DNA of 63,843 nucleotides, filler included, from Conidiobolus incongruus B7586 (Eukaryota), in the NCBI GenBank assembly GCA_000697335.1. It is 20 parts of 20 records of this genome, joined end to end, with 100 filler letters (N's around TTAATTAATTAA, not from the genome) between each part and the next. Parts side by side here need not be neighbours in the genome. Positions count along the whole stretch, not along the records: positions 24,608 to 26,948 come from JNEM01003690.1; positions 27,049 to 32,219 come from JNEM01003691.1; positions 32,320 to 46,365 come from JNEM01003692.1; 17 more parts are not named here. One strand, written 5' to 3'. A program made the position numbers and the translations under genes. A model generated the notes under the pieces. That model did not search any database. It saw only the letters and a list, made by a program, of their open reading frames with translations, and was not told where the DNA came from. Shown here in pieces: positions 26,913 to 42,531 of this stretch. Each line of letters begins with the position of its first letter. Position 1 is the stretch's first letter.

Positions 26913-27048
26913 TATTATAAAACTTAAGTTAACTATAGAGTTAATAACNNNNNNNNNNNNNNNNNNNNNNNNNNNNNNNNNNNNNNNNNNNNTTAATTAA
27001 TTAANNNNNNNNNNNNNNNNNNNNNNNNNNNNNNNNNNNNNNNNNNNN

Positions 27049-27078
27049 CAAATTTCTATTATTAAAAATACAGAGTAA
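27049..27078 (+). mobile_element. Mariner family B right TIR
   Basis: AATTTCTATTATTAAAAATACAGAGTAA|TA matches 26885-26914 but has a different downstream flank. Confidence 0.6.
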
Positions 27079-27627
27079 TATTTAATAATCAATAAAATGA
27101 ATTTCTATTAATATTCTTTTAATATTAATATATCCTTTTTAATATCACACATTTATTTTTGTATTTTATAAATTATTAATATTTTATTCAATTTTCTAGA
27201 TTTAATAATTGATTTTAGTCACTAATAAAGATATATTGAAATAAATATAAAATGAATACTGGAAATATCATCATTCAATCATATTGAATTTATTCAGAAT
27301 ATAAATTCAACAAATATTATTTTAGTGTTTTAAATATATTTAAATATTGAATACTAATTTATAGAGTTATTTTTAAAGTTTAGAAAGAATATTATCACTC
27401 TAGATTAAATTTAGAAATATACAATTATAATATTATTACACAATTGTGAACTAATATTAAGTTATATTTTAAGATTCAAATTAAAATTTTTAAATAATTA
27501 TGATTTGATAATTATACAATAGTAAAAATGTTAAAAATATTAGACATGAATATAAACATTCTTGCTGGAACATAGATAGTAGTTAATTTGAATATTCAGA
27601 TGGTATCATTTAAGATATTCAAAATTT

Positions 27628-29217
27628 TTAATGATTCGGGTTGGAACTAACTCCAGAAAGTGATCGGTATTTGAGTAACATACTTATGATAAATCCGAAT
27701 ACACTTGTACCTAATAAAAAGAAAAATATTCCTCTTAAAGCACCGTAATAAGCTAATTGTGCTTCATTAGGTATGTGTTCAGTAATGTGAGTTCCGCCAT
27801 GGCCACCACCTCCAATTAAATAGGGAAAATCAGTCAAAAGATTGTTGATAATAGCGCCAGCAATAGGTAAACCAATAGTACCACCCATGTTAATTGTAAA
27901 ATTCATAAAACTAGCCAAAATTGCAATATATTCAGGTTCTGAAGAAGCTTGAGCTCCAATCAAAATCATATGAATAGCAAAGCCAATTCCAAAAGCCAAA
28001 ATAACTGGGAATAAAATCATGCACCAGTTGGGTATATTAGGAGATATCATACAAAGTAAACCTGTTCCAATTACCATAAGGACTGTGCCAATTCGAATTG
28101 GAATTCTGAAGGATTGCAAACGATTTGCAACGAATCCTGAGACAATTGCAACAAGTGAAACGCTTACCAAAAATGGAGCTAACTGATAACCTGCTTGAGT
28201 TGCTGAATAACCACGAAGAATTTGATAATACACTGGAAGGTAATAGACAGTTGTTAAATGGTTAACTCCTATTGCTAAACCGAGCAAACAGCATATGGAA
28301 ACATTTGAATTAAACATTTTTGGAGGTAAAATTGGTTCTTCAGCAAGTTTAAATTCAATTATGATGAATGCAATCAATGAAACAAAAGTCAAGCACAATG
28401 GAATTAATACTTGATATGATGACCAAGCATAGTCCTTTCCTCCCCAAGTAGTACTTAATACAAAGAGAACGATTAATACACTAAGAGTCAAAGTACCTAA
28501 AACATCAATTCTTTTCAATTTACTGATAAAAGAACCCTCAGCCCTAGGTAACGGCATAATAAATATAAAAATTAATCCCATTAACGCTGCGACAGGTAAA
28601 TTGATATAGAAAATAAATCTCCAACTTATATGATCAACAATCACACCCCCTAATATTGGGCCTAGCATATTGCTAATAGCAAAACTAATACTTATAATAC
28701 CAAGGTAAGTAGCTCTTTCTTCTAATTTCACGACATCAGATATAATAATATAAGAAAGGGATATTATCCCTCCACCACCAATTCCTGCAATTGCTCTGAA
28801 TATAATCAACATAACTATATTAACCGCTAATCCACATCCCAGACTACCGAGCGAAAAAAAGAAAAGCGAGAAGAGCATGCAAGCCTTTCTTCCAAAGATA
28901 TCAGAGAATTTACCATAAAGAGGGGTAAATACTACGATAGTCATGAGGTAAGAAGTAGCAATCCAAGTGAGAGAACCCTGAGCGTTCAAGTCATTAGTAA
29001 TTACTTCATTTGCTGTTGATAAAATAGTTTCATCAATTCCTGCAACAAATACTCCAAGAACAATGCTCACCATGACTATGATTAGTTGCTTTTTTGAAAG
29101 TTGTGGAGGTCCCGTTTCATTGGAATTGGATTCTAAATCCTTCGGTATACTTCCGAATTCATTATTGATATCACTCACTGCGGAGTTATATTTATTACTA
29201 GTATTTTTATTTATCAT
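27628..29217 (-). CDS. MFS drug:H+ antiporter (DHA2, 14-TM; Sge1/Azr1-like), 529 aa from ATG 29217
   Basis: Intronless ORF with IDETILSTA, WIATSYL, PLYGKFSDIFGRK (motif A), FRAIAGIGGGG, LGPILGG, SWRFIFYINLP. The ORF-track start is a TTG in AT-rich DNA, so the first ATG was used. Confidence 0.93.
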   Translation of the reverse strand: MINKNTSNKYNSAVSDINNEFGSIPKDLESNSNETGPPQLSKKQLIIVMVSIVLGVFVAGIDETILSTANEVITNDLNAQGSLTWIATSYLMTIVVFTPLYGKFSDIFGRKACMLFSLFFFSLGSLGCGLAVNIVMLIIFRAIAGIGGGGIISLSYIIISDVVKLEERATYLGIISISFAISNMLGPILGGVIVDHISWRFIFYINLPVAALMGLIFIFIMPLPRAEGSFISKLKRIDVLGTLTLSVLIVLFVLSTTWGGKDYAWSSYQVLIPLCLTFVSLIAFIIIEFKLAEEPILPPKMFNSNVSICCLLGLAIGVNHLTTVYYLPVYYQILRGYSATQAGYQLAPFLVSVSLVAIVSGFVANRLQSFRIPIRIGTVLMVIGTGLLCMISPNIPNWCMILFPVILAFGIGFAIHMILIGAQASSEPEYIAILASFMNFTINMGGTIGLPIAGAIINNLLTDFPYLIGGGGHGGTHITEHIPNEAQLAYYGALRGIFFFLLGTSVFGFIISMLLKYRSLSGVSSNPNH

Positions 29218-32200
29218 TAAAAAAATTATTTTAAATGATTTAATATACAATACTGTTAGAAGGTTAATTTTATACTTAAAACTCAACCAAATTCAACTAA
29301 CTGATTAATGATTTATAATTCAATTTAATAATAATTTGAATTAAACAGTATTTTAATAATACTACTCTTTAAAAATTCTATTTATATAGTCCTAAATATT
29401 TATCAATTACGTCGACCAAATTCATAAATAAATCAAAATGATTAAAATAGTACATCATTGTTCACGATATTAATTAGCTAATTACAAATATAAATCCATT
29501 TATTAATATTTATATTTTAATGTTTTTAAATTGAAAATTATATAATTTTAATTCAATATTATATTATAAAAGTTATTATTTAAATATATTGATTGATTAA
29601 TTTTATTAAATGATTAATTAATTTTTACATGAATTATATAAATTTAATAAGTAAAAATTAAAAATTATTTTTTATTAATTTTTAAAATAATTTTTGGTGT
29701 TTTACTTTACCTGATTTTATATACTAAATTTGGTAATTAGTTAAATATCTTTAATCCGTGTCTTAATTCAACTATATTGAAGGTAATATATCAAAATAGT
29801 TTTAAACTTAATATATTTTAAAATATATTTTGAAGAAATATTTTTATATTATATATAATTTGAATTATTAAGTAAATAATAATAGATATTTATATTCTCA
29901 TATTATTAACCTTTCTTTTTATTGAATAATTTAAAAAAATTATCAATTTTTCAATTTATAGTTATTTTAGTTAATTTAAGTATCGGTGAAATTATAAATT
30001 TTAACCCAAAACAGTTTACAATAAAGAACAATTTTATAATAAATTTATCATTTAAAGTTAATTTGATACATTTCTTTAATAATTATTTTAAAAAGTTTAA
30101 ATCAATAATAATAATAATAATAACAATTTATTAAATATAAAATTACATTACTTTGTAAGTCATAAATATATATATTCATATGAATTAATTTTAACCTTTT
30201 GAAAAAATATTCTTTGTTATTTAATTCTCGCTATCAAATTGGTGAGTTGATTGATTAATTACTACTCTACGTCTTCACATCAAGCTGTTGTATATTTACA
30301 TACCTTATTTTATTGATTATTATATTGAATAACAGTTGAAGTTAAGGAAACAAGTTTTGATATATTATTTTGTTCAATTTCTAAATATGGGCCATTTAAC
30401 ATGTTTTATTTTTATATAATATCAGTAATTTTGAAACAAATTTGATCAATATTTAATATTATATGAATATGGCACTATTTATTAGTACTAATACTCTTTT
30501 GTAATTAATATTGATATAACTTCATTTTTAGTTATATTCAATTCAAAATGATTTAACGAAATTGTTGTTATATCAATTTAGCTCAAGACACCTTTATTGA
30601 TGCTTTATTCAAACAATTTTATACGCAATAGTTAGAGAATTTGTTAGAATGTTTAATCAAAATTCATTAATTTATTTATAAAACTAGCTTATTTCAATAA
30701 ATGGAAATTTAAATATAAGTAGCTAAAATATAGTATATTTGTTTTATCAAAATATTCAAATTTTAACATTTCTATTACATTCGATAAAATTCTAGAGTAT
30801 AATGATATTCTATATATACTCTAATGCAGATTTTATACATCAATAATTATCATTTTGCTATAAAATATATTCCAAGGTTGAAATAATAGTAAAATTTATT
30901 AATTAGTTTTATCTAAAATCCTTCGAATACAATTTTATATTTATTTTTGTTTTTATAAAAATATTCAAAAATTATCTAATTTAATAAAAAAAAATATTAG
31001 AATATATGATATTTCTATAACTATATATCGATCAATTCTATAAGTTGATATTACACCATTAACAATTAGATTGGATAATATAAAGGTTATTAGATTTTAA
31101 TATCAGTCAATAATTTTTAGCAAATTTTGGTTGATAAGTTATATATATATATATATTATGCCATATTAGAAATATTATTATATTGAACGTTAATAGCTGT
31201 GAGCTAGATACAAATAGGTTAAATGATTCAATATTGTCTATTTTTTCAAATAATTTTAAAATATTAAATTTTATGAAATATATATATAATTACCAGAATA
31301 ATATATTTTTTGCATATTTGAGAGTTTAAATTATAGAAATATATAGCTATGTTTTTGGTTAATTATTTACTTCATTAATAGCTTCAAAATATAGTTCACG
31401 AAATTTCTATGAAATGTATTATTTCAATGGGTCTATATTTTTGTATTAATAATAATATCAATAATAATAAGTATAGTTTATTTGATAATTATCTGATATA
31501 TGACTTTATTTAAAAATACTTGAAAAATGATCCAAAATATATTTTATTATATATAAAGCAAAGATTATTTATATACAATCAAATATTAAGAAAATAATCA
31601 AAATATAACATGAGTTAAGTTGATATTATAATATTTATAATAATAAAATTCAAATATTTTATTTATTTATTTCATTAAAATATCAAATTAAAATATATAA
31701 AAATATAATATTTTTATATAAATTATATTAAATCACATATTTATATAAAAATATTTATTTTCTTTTAAATATCTAAAAACAAAATTCATTAAAATACAGA
31801 CTATTATTATAATATATTATTTTAATATAATTGAAATTTATAAAGATAGGAAAAAAGTCAAAAATAATATAAGGGTAATTTATTTAATAATCAGGAATTG
31901 ATATGATATATAATCTAAAAATATATGTTAATATATTTAAAATATGAAATATTTCAATTTTGATTATTTGATATATTATAAATTAATTATAAATTATACT
32001 ATATTTTAGAATTTATTAAAAAATATATTAAACCCAATATAAAAGAGAAAATTAATTTATTTTTTAGAAAATTATGATATTTTTGTAAAATAAATAATAT
32101 TTATATTATAATAGATCCAGACTCTTTTTGTTATTTAGAAATATTCTTATTATAATATAAAAATATCATAATACTGTAAATATAATAGAGTTAAAAAAAT

Positions 32201-32319
32201 AAACATAATAAGTTAAACTNNNNNNNNNNNNNNNNNNNNNNNNNNNNNNNNNNNNNNNNNNNNTTAATTAATTAANNNNNNNNNNNNNNNNNNNNNNNNN
32301 NNNNNNNNNNNNNNNNNNN

Positions 32320-33714
32320 ATTAATTTTTATTAAATATATTTAATAAATATAATTATTAATATTTATTTATTTTTAATATTATAAAATTTTTAAAATTAA
32401 TATAATTAATTTTATAAAATAGGATATAGGGGGTTAAATCTTCAGCAGGTTTTTTAGAAATATATATGATTATATTAAATAATAGATTAAACTTAAAAGC
32501 ATTAGTTCTTTAAACTTATTTGAGAGTTAAAGGTAAATATTTAAAATAATATATATATCCTTTTTCTTTAGCTAGCATGTATATTTTACTATAATATATA
32601 TCATAAAATCTTATCTCTCTTTAAAATATATTATATCAATATAAGTTTATAATGTTATAAAATAGTTAAAAATTTAAACCACAAGGTTTCTTAAGATTTT
32701 AAATTAATATCTTATATAACTAACTAAAGTTATCCCTTTTAATTAGTTATAAAAGTATTTTACTCTATTAACTTTTGATTTTATTAATTATATTAATAAT
32801 ATAATTATATATAATTATTATAATAATATTAAATGTAATTAAGCTCACTATAGATAATTTAATGGTATATAAACTAACTAATATTATAATTATAGATATT
32901 ATTATAATTATACTAAATATTACATTAAATAACTTATTGGGAGTTGAATTACTTGACTATATTAAGCTAAAAGATAATAATTAACAAAAAACAAAAATAA
33001 GAAAATTATCTTAACTAAAGATTATTGATTAAGTTTAATATCTTTATATATGTTAAAATTATAATAATAAAGCTATTGTTAATATTTATCACTTTACATA
33101 TATAATTAGTTTAATTAAACTAATTTTTTGGAGTATTTAAACATAATATTAATATAACTCAAATTAATAAAATATAGGGATAAGGGAATCTTTATAATTT
33201 TATTTATTAAAATTAATATATAAGGTTTTTCTAATTAATCAATATATATATTTTTATCTATATATTTAATATTTTTATTTGTTTTTTATAATTTATTTAA
33301 AAATTATTTAACTAACCTTTAATTATCAAAATATAAAAACAAATGATAATAATAGCAATAATAGTAATATTTGTAATTTTTAATATATATAATATATATT
33401 GATTTATTTATTAAGATTCATATTATAAATATAGTGCTATTATATTATCCTAGTGCTATGAAATAGGATAATTATATTGAGTTAAGCTTGTGTATGTTGA
33501 AAACTTATGATATAGTTTAATTAGAATTTTATTTGAAAGTTAATTATAAAGATTTTGATCTAATTTCCTTTTTATAGAAGAGTGTAGTTTTCCTCCTTCG
33601 TATATTGGGATAAGAATTGATATATTTGAGGTAAAAAAACATACGAGGAGAAATTGTGGATAAATTAAAATAAAGAGGTAAAGGTATAAGGAATAATTTG
33701 GTAGGAGCGTGACA
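32320..33714 (-). mobile_element. Possible LTR-retrotransposon relic (LTR ~33421-33714 plus degenerate internal sequence)
   Basis: GC-richer segment ends GTGACA (TGTCAC on the minus strand). Adjoining DNA is TpA-rich and CpG-free like the other mutated elements. No diagnostic protein motif was recovered. Confidence 0.3.
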
Positions 33715-34453
33715 GCTATTTAATGAATATGTACATATTAATATATTTTATATCAAAACGTAAATTTATTCTATATATATTATGTTAACAAGTGAAATTT
33801 AAGATAGATTAGGTAAATTCATAAATAATAATTTAAGTATAAGTGTCAATTATTAAAATATTAATATAAATAGAATATTTAAATATAATATATATAGATG
33901 GAATAATTTATAAATGAAATTCTTATATTGGTTAATTTTTATAATTTCTTACTTGAGAACGATAAAAGATCATAAGTAAAATAAAAAATAATCGATTAGC
34001 AAAATAATATTATAGAATTTTTCCTTAATGTACATAATAAATAAAAATTATTTATTTTAAATATATTGTTGCAATTTATTTCTTAATAATCTATGGTTGA
34101 TTTAATTCTATATCAGTATAAAATAATAAGGCATTAATAATCAATTAGTTGTTACCATTAATTAGCATATCTTAACTCTTAAGATAACAAAACCCTTAAT
34201 TAACAATAAGGGTTTCACCTACCATCATAATTATTATTACAATTATTATATTCTATTATAAATATCTCAATTTACTCAAAGATATTACTTTGAGTAAAAT
34301 ATCTTTTTTTAAAACAATAGAGATAATATTATTAAAATAAATACACTTTTAATATAAAGCATTTGAGTTATATATAAATTCATTAAAAGAAATAATATAG
34401 AGCTAGATTACACTACCTCTACCTAAGACAACTTTTGTAAAAGATCAGACAAT

Positions 34454-34668
34454 TATTGGAAGTTTATTTTTATATTATATACTATATGTAGTAATTACTT
34501 TGATTACAATTATAAAGAGATTTTTAAGCTTTATAATTAGACTAAAGGTATACCTTATGTATAAGATGCTCTCCCTATGTTTCGTATTACATTTATGTAA
34601 TAATGTTGGCAAGTATTATTCTTAGCTACTAGAACCAAGTAATGATAACTTGTTTAGTGGTCTCAACA
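34454..34668. mobile_element. Possible copia-type solo LTR
   Basis: Starts TATTGGAAGT (compare TGTTGGAAGT at 2079) and ends GGTCTCAACA (compare GGTCTTAATA ending at 21701). No matching TSD. Confidence 0.35.
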
Positions 34669-35954
34669 TATATATGATTGCAAAATTAAAAATTTATAAA
34701 TTTATAAATTTGAAATTTAATTTTAATTGCTTTTTATTTTAAATAAAAAAACCTTCTTTATAAGTGAATAAAAATTTAATATCATATATTAGTGTAATAT
34801 ATTTACAATACATTTTTAACTTGTATTCAAGTGGAATAATAAATTAGATAATAAATAACTGTTAAATTTAATAGATTAAAACCAAATATTTTAATATTAA
34901 ATTTGAAGTATTTGTGATATTTCAATTTATTGTTGAAAATTTTAATTAAATTAATTATAAATAAATGGCCAATATCAAACTACAAATTTTGTAAAATGCT
35001 TAATCAATTGATTGGAATTTGATTTGTACTTGAAGTGATTTATATATAAATATCTAATAAAATTATGAAATATTAAATTTTATTTTTATCAATTGATTTC
35101 AAGTTATCCACTCTTCAGATTTTAGATATTAATTAACAATATCAATAAAAATTTAATTTTGTCAAATATAATATAAACAACTAATAGATATAATCCACAA
35201 ATAATATCATAAACTGTTAAACTCTAGTGACTAATGATGATATATAAGATATTGTAATGATAATAAAAATATTGATTATCGATAATATGAGATTTAAATG
35301 ATCAGATCATATCATTTATTTTGGAATTAATCGGAAAATCCTGCAGAATAAATTACGCATCTTCAAAAGGTTGGGTAATACTTTTTCAATTACATAAATT
35401 TTTTTATAATGCAATCGTTAAATAATATAACTCATCACCTCAATTTTTGATATTTTTTGTTGAATAAAAATATTATGATTATTTATTATGATTTTTCCGA
35501 ATATACCTGAAAAAAGGTAATATTAAAAGACAATATAACAAAGTTATATAACCTGATTTAGAAATATTTTGATAAGGATATATATATATATAAATATTCT
35601 ATAAATTATTTATTGTATCAAAGTAATTCAAAATTGAAAATATAAATATATTTAATATTCATGATATACTTAAGAATAATGTCAATAATTTAATTTTTTG
35701 AATGACCCTGAATGATTATCCTGAATTTCTAAAAGAATACTAAGCAATGTTTATTTTCAATTTACCGAACCACCTGTGGTAAAATTCATCATAATTGTTA
35801 CACTGTTCTAATGAATTTGGTTTTGATCAAAAAAAGGAAGGTGGCTGGTATAAAAACCCATAAGTATCCTATCTGATTAACACTATTCATCAAATAACAG
35901 TCAATTATTTTGATTAATAATCAATTTCAACATATTATATTACATTACCATAAA

Positions 35955-37305
<1,351 letters not shown>

Positions 37306-38109
37306 AACAATATGCATTCATAATTTAACATTTTAGTTAAACCAATAAATTCTTTTTTAATTTTATTAGTTAAAACATATTTTCATTTATTAAATGTATT
37401 ATATGATATTAATTATAATTAGTCACTGATCAAATAGATTTGCAAATATTTTCTCAAAGATTTTTGACAAGTATTATTAATGTTTTAATATATTGAGTGT
37501 AATATATTAAGATTCAAAGTATATATATATATATTCTATAATTGCCAATTCAGATTTATTGGCTGAAAGCCATCTATACTATTGGCTTAAATATATTAAT
37601 GAGAAGCGTACTGATAAGGTGTTTATATATATATACTATTTTTCTTCAGAGTATATTATATATACGTTTCAAATATGCTGTCTTGTTCATAAAACAATAA
37701 TTTATCTACTAATTTAAAATAGTATATTATCAAAAATCGCTTGTGAAATGATTTAAATTTACAGATAAAAAAATATATTATTACATTTTTTGATCGATTT
37801 ATATTAAATGTCAAATAAAGATTTACATACCTAATTAATAAATGTCTATTGTTTTAATTTCCTATTAATATTAATATATATTCTTTAAATTAACAATATT
37901 ATACATAATCTTGTATTACTGTGTTCAATTCTATTTCACACTAATACATTGAGTTAGTTAATTAAATTATTACATTCACCTTATAAATATTTATTCATTG
38001 ATATTATTTTATTTTTATTAAATAAAAATATTAGTATAAAAATAAAAATAATGGTAAAATTTCAAAATCATTGTTAAATAAAATTAACAATATATGATTT
38101 ATAAAACTT

Positions 38110-39140
38110 GATACAACATATAAAATTAATGCTTTTATTGTTAATAACTCTTTGTTATACTATTAACAAGCTTTTAATACTTAAAAAACAGTTTTATTAT
38201 TAGACTGATATTTGAAATTTTAAAAACCATTTTAATTTGTTTAAAAGGATTTTTTCCCTATAAATATATTATTTAATTGCTTAAAACAGTTATAATAATA
38301 TAAGTTATAATTTAGTGAGTATATTAAATATGGTAACTTTTTTAAACTGTTTTATATTGATAATCTTTTATAATTTTAACTGTGTATTTTATAATTATTA
38401 TGCAAAATAAAAATTTTTTTAATTTATAATAATAATAATACTAATTAAAAGTTGCTCTATCTAAAAACAATATAAAACTTATTATTAATTAATTTATTTT
38501 TATAAAACTAAATAAGAAAACTATATACTATTATAATTGATTAAAATAATTAATATTTAGTTATTGATAAAATATGTGTTTATTGGAATTTTTTAACAGG
38601 ATTATTTTAACTTCATATTTTATATTAAATAAAAAATTGATTAAAATAGTTTAAAATTTGTTAATTATAAAGATTTTTATAAAAACTTTTGCTTTCAGTT
38701 AAATTTTCATAATTTTTGTTTAATTGTACCTATTTTAATTTTTTTAAACTTTTGTTCAATTATCAGATATTTATTTTATTATATTAGTAATTGATCTAGG
38801 CTTAAACTTTAATATATATAATATTCTTATATAATTAATATTAAATTACTTAAATAATTGTTTAACTGAGATAAAAAATGTCCCTTAATATATTTTCTAT
38901 TTTATTAACCAATAAAAGAATTATAATAAAAGTTTATCTTTTAAATTTGAATAATTTTGAATATTATCTTTTTTAACTTTAAATATTATAATAGTTCTAA
39001 ATGACAGTTTATATAAATTATGATTTTTATGAATTAATAACAAATTTTAAATAATTTTAGAGGGTTTATAATTGAGTTTTAATGATTATTATCTATAATA
39101 ACTATAATTAAATTTTATATTAAATTTTTAAAAATATTTA
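38110..39140 (-). mobile_element. Older, diverged mariner family B-related copy
   Basis: Colinear with 22340-23350, e.g. TTTTATAATTATTATGCAAAATAA (LHDN region) at ~38387-38410. Contains more indels and transversions. Confidence 0.65.
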
Positions 39141-40371
39141 ATAAAAAAATTATAAATATTATATATAGTTTGAAAGTATTAATTCTTTTACATATTTCAA
39201 ATAAAATTGACTTTTTAAAATTGATAATATAATTGAAAAATCAATAATTAAAAAAATTCTATTTCTTTTTGAATTAATAATATTGGATATATTAATTATA
39301 TACTCTGATTAAAGACCAAATCAATATTCGAAATTAAAAATATATAATATTAAATTGAAATGTTAATAGTATTTATTATATATTAACCAATAATATAAAA
39401 TTTCATAAATTTCAACTTTTTGTTAAAATAAACATATTATAGTATGTTTAAGCTCTCAAATTAGATATATCAGTATGAATAATTTAAAAAAATTAGGATA
39501 CCATCCTTAGATTTAGGTGTTTACTTAAATATGTAATAATTTAGTAATTGGCTTATTTTTCTATAAACAAATTTTAATATGTTGAATAGTTTTGATTTAA
39601 TATTCAAACATACAATCAACAGTATATTAAAAATACCAGTCATAGTTTTTAAGTGATCTAATTTAAACAATTAATATAATTAAAAAATATTTGCATTAAA
39701 AGATGTAATTATGGACAAAAAATGTAGATCATGGTAATATATGTTTATAATATACTTTTATAATTAATTATCAAAATGTATTTCAGATAGTTTGAGCATA
39801 TCAGTTTCTTATTAATACTTCGATCCAATTATATTGATTTTAATTTTATACATGAATTAAAGAAAATATATATATATATATATACATATATGAAATTAAT
39901 GTTAAATGTTATATCAAAATCTCCTTCTCCTCATACTCCACTAAATGCTAATTCCTTTGATGATTCATATAGTCAAATTCAGCCAAGTTATATTGAGTAC
40001 TTGTATTAGTAAATGATTTAAATTCATAACTTATAATATGGATGTAGTAAAAGTGTCATAATATAAATGATATTTGATATTATAATTCCTGATATATGGT
40101 GTGGTTTGATTAATAATTAAATTAGATTACTGATGAATAGGGAAATTTTGTTAGATTTGTTTAATGAATATCGATATTAATTTTGCTTTGCTCTAACGTG
40201 GTTATAATAAATAAATAAGTTGACCTGATTGGTTTTTATTATTAGATCTATAAACTTTGGTTAACTAAAATAACCAATTTTAAGGAGTAAAACTTTGTGA
40301 ATATTGCCAATATAAATACTGCAATATAACTAATTTCTTCAATTGCCTTCATTAACTCATCTTTATCACTA

Positions 40372-40842
40372 ATGAATGATCAACCCCACAAGCGCAAATT
40401 TTCTTTGCCTTTACCTGAGCTAAGCTCAAAATCACTGCATTCACCCGAAATCAGCTCTCCAAAGACCGTTCATAATGTAACAAACAGTTTGAAAACTTCT
40501 TTACATCTATCGTCACCGCTGAGGCTCATTAGTTGGATAAGGAAACCAAGCTTAGATACCACCAGCTTACCCTCTATCAAGAGGAAATCATCTACTCCAA
40601 GCTTGAATATCCAGCATACCACAAGTCGTCCATTTTCCTTTAGAAAGAAATACTCGTTTTCAGGCCCTACTCTGGTACCCAACACACCAGAAACTAGGTG
40701 TATATCACCCACTATAGCCAATAGCACTACCAAATCTAACTTGCCAAGTTTTGATGATATGCTATATTATGGATTCGAGGATCAGGGTTCTACTCAGTAC
40801 ACTCTACAGCTATCATTAACACCAGAGTATGCCAGAAGCTGA
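40372..40842 (+). CDS. Hypothetical Ser/Thr/Pro-rich protein, 156 aa
   Basis: ATG-started ORF coinciding exactly with a GC-elevated island. TATA-like TATAAATA at ~40311. Confidence 0.7.
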   Translation: MNDQPHKRKFSLPLPELSSKSLHSPEISSPKTVHNVTNSLKTSLHLSSPLRLISWIRKPSLDTTSLPSIKRKSSTPSLNIQHTTSRPFSFRKKYSFSGPTLVPNTPETRCISPTIANSTTKSNLPSFDDMLYYGFEDQGSTQYTLQLSLTPEYARS

Positions 40843-42531
40843 CAATAGTGTTGCAGTATTGAATATTGCAATATTTAAACTAAAACCAAGAGCATATGCA
40901 AAAATTACGAATAAATCAACAATCATCTTTAATTCCTTAATATAATTTAATTAATAAACTGAGTATATAAATCCTAAGAATTAAATATACTAAAATAAAC
41001 ATTGAACCATGATTATATCCAATGAATGAGAATTGGTAATGGCTAAAATAAGAATACAAAGCTTATTTTGATCTCTGCACATTTATTTAATTTTATATTC
41101 ATTTACTAAATTAGTATATTTACTGTAATTGAGTTATATAATAACAAATTGGGAATCAAACTCATCTAATAAGTTAGCACCAATTACTATTATAGGAAAT
41201 AATATCCGCATCTCTGATACCTTGAGTAAGTTGAATAAACCGATGTGAAATCATAATATCATTCTGAATGAGATGGGCTGCAAAGGAGAAGTAAGCGATT
41301 GCGGCTATCATATCAACTCCTTTTTATAGAGATTTCTTTAGTCAGCAAATCTCCTTGCTTAAAAATGATCTACTTGCATTTTAATACTCAATATTGTGGT
41401 AATTATCACTGCTCTTAAACGTTTGGTTTCATAATTTATTAACTAATGTATTTACATAAAATAAACATATTACACAGTATATTTTGATATAATGTAGTGA
41501 TTTCTGTTAATATTATTTATTAAATAGTTCAATCATGATATTGTCAAGTATTATTTATAAAATCAAATTTTGATATATATATCAAACTTAAAAGGGAGTA
41601 TTCAATAAAAATACATAATGTTTTAAAAATAATGAGATAGTTACTTTTTAAAGTACTTGAATTAATAAACTCTGATCTTTATTCATAATAATTGAGATGA
41701 TGAGAGGAATTGGAAATTATATTTATAGTTAATTACATGTTCAGGGAGCGGAGTTTTATATAATTATTTATGAAAATTTAAATAGTTTAATAAAATTAAA
41801 ATAATTAAAATATTTTCAAGTTGACAAATGATTATTTGATTACATAAATACTGAACTATAGTTAAATATCATTACTTGATCATTACTAGTATGAATAATT
41901 GAAGATCACTGATTATTTCTTAAAATAGACATTGGGGTTATTTTTAAGGAACTATATAAATACTCAATGAACCGATTCACAAATAAAAAATCAGGATTCT
42001 ATCAAATAAATATATTACTATTAATATACTATAAATAAAATAAAGTTAACTAAAATTAATAACTTTGGAATTGAGTTTAATAATAAAATGAGTGAAAAAA
42101 ATCAAATGAGTTAGAATAACTCATAGTTAATTAAAATTATTATTAGGGTTTTTGATCAATGAATCAAACAATTAAATGATATTTTAATAATTTTATGAAT
42201 CGAGGTATTTGGCATTTAACACGACGATATCAGAAAATATAAAGACACTCGAATTGTTATTTGATAAAAAATATGAGTAATTTAGAATGTGTATTATATC
42301 ACTACTAATTCGAAATATGAGTAGATATATTAAGCAGCTCGCTAGGTATAATTTATGTATTCCAAATTAAAGTTTTAAATACAATGAGTAAAATAATAAA
42401 ATATTTACATAGAATAAGTCAATTTTTGAAATTGATCATAATAAATTAAATAATATTTTAGTGTGATAGCATATCTTAATATCAATGAATACAAATAATA
42501 TGAGGATATTATTGATATAGGTTTAAAATGG

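Noticed and set aside
29063..30134. ORFs 29063-29308 and 29922-30134
   Set aside because: The first is antisense to the MFS gene; the second is an AT-rich chance ORF with a TTG start.
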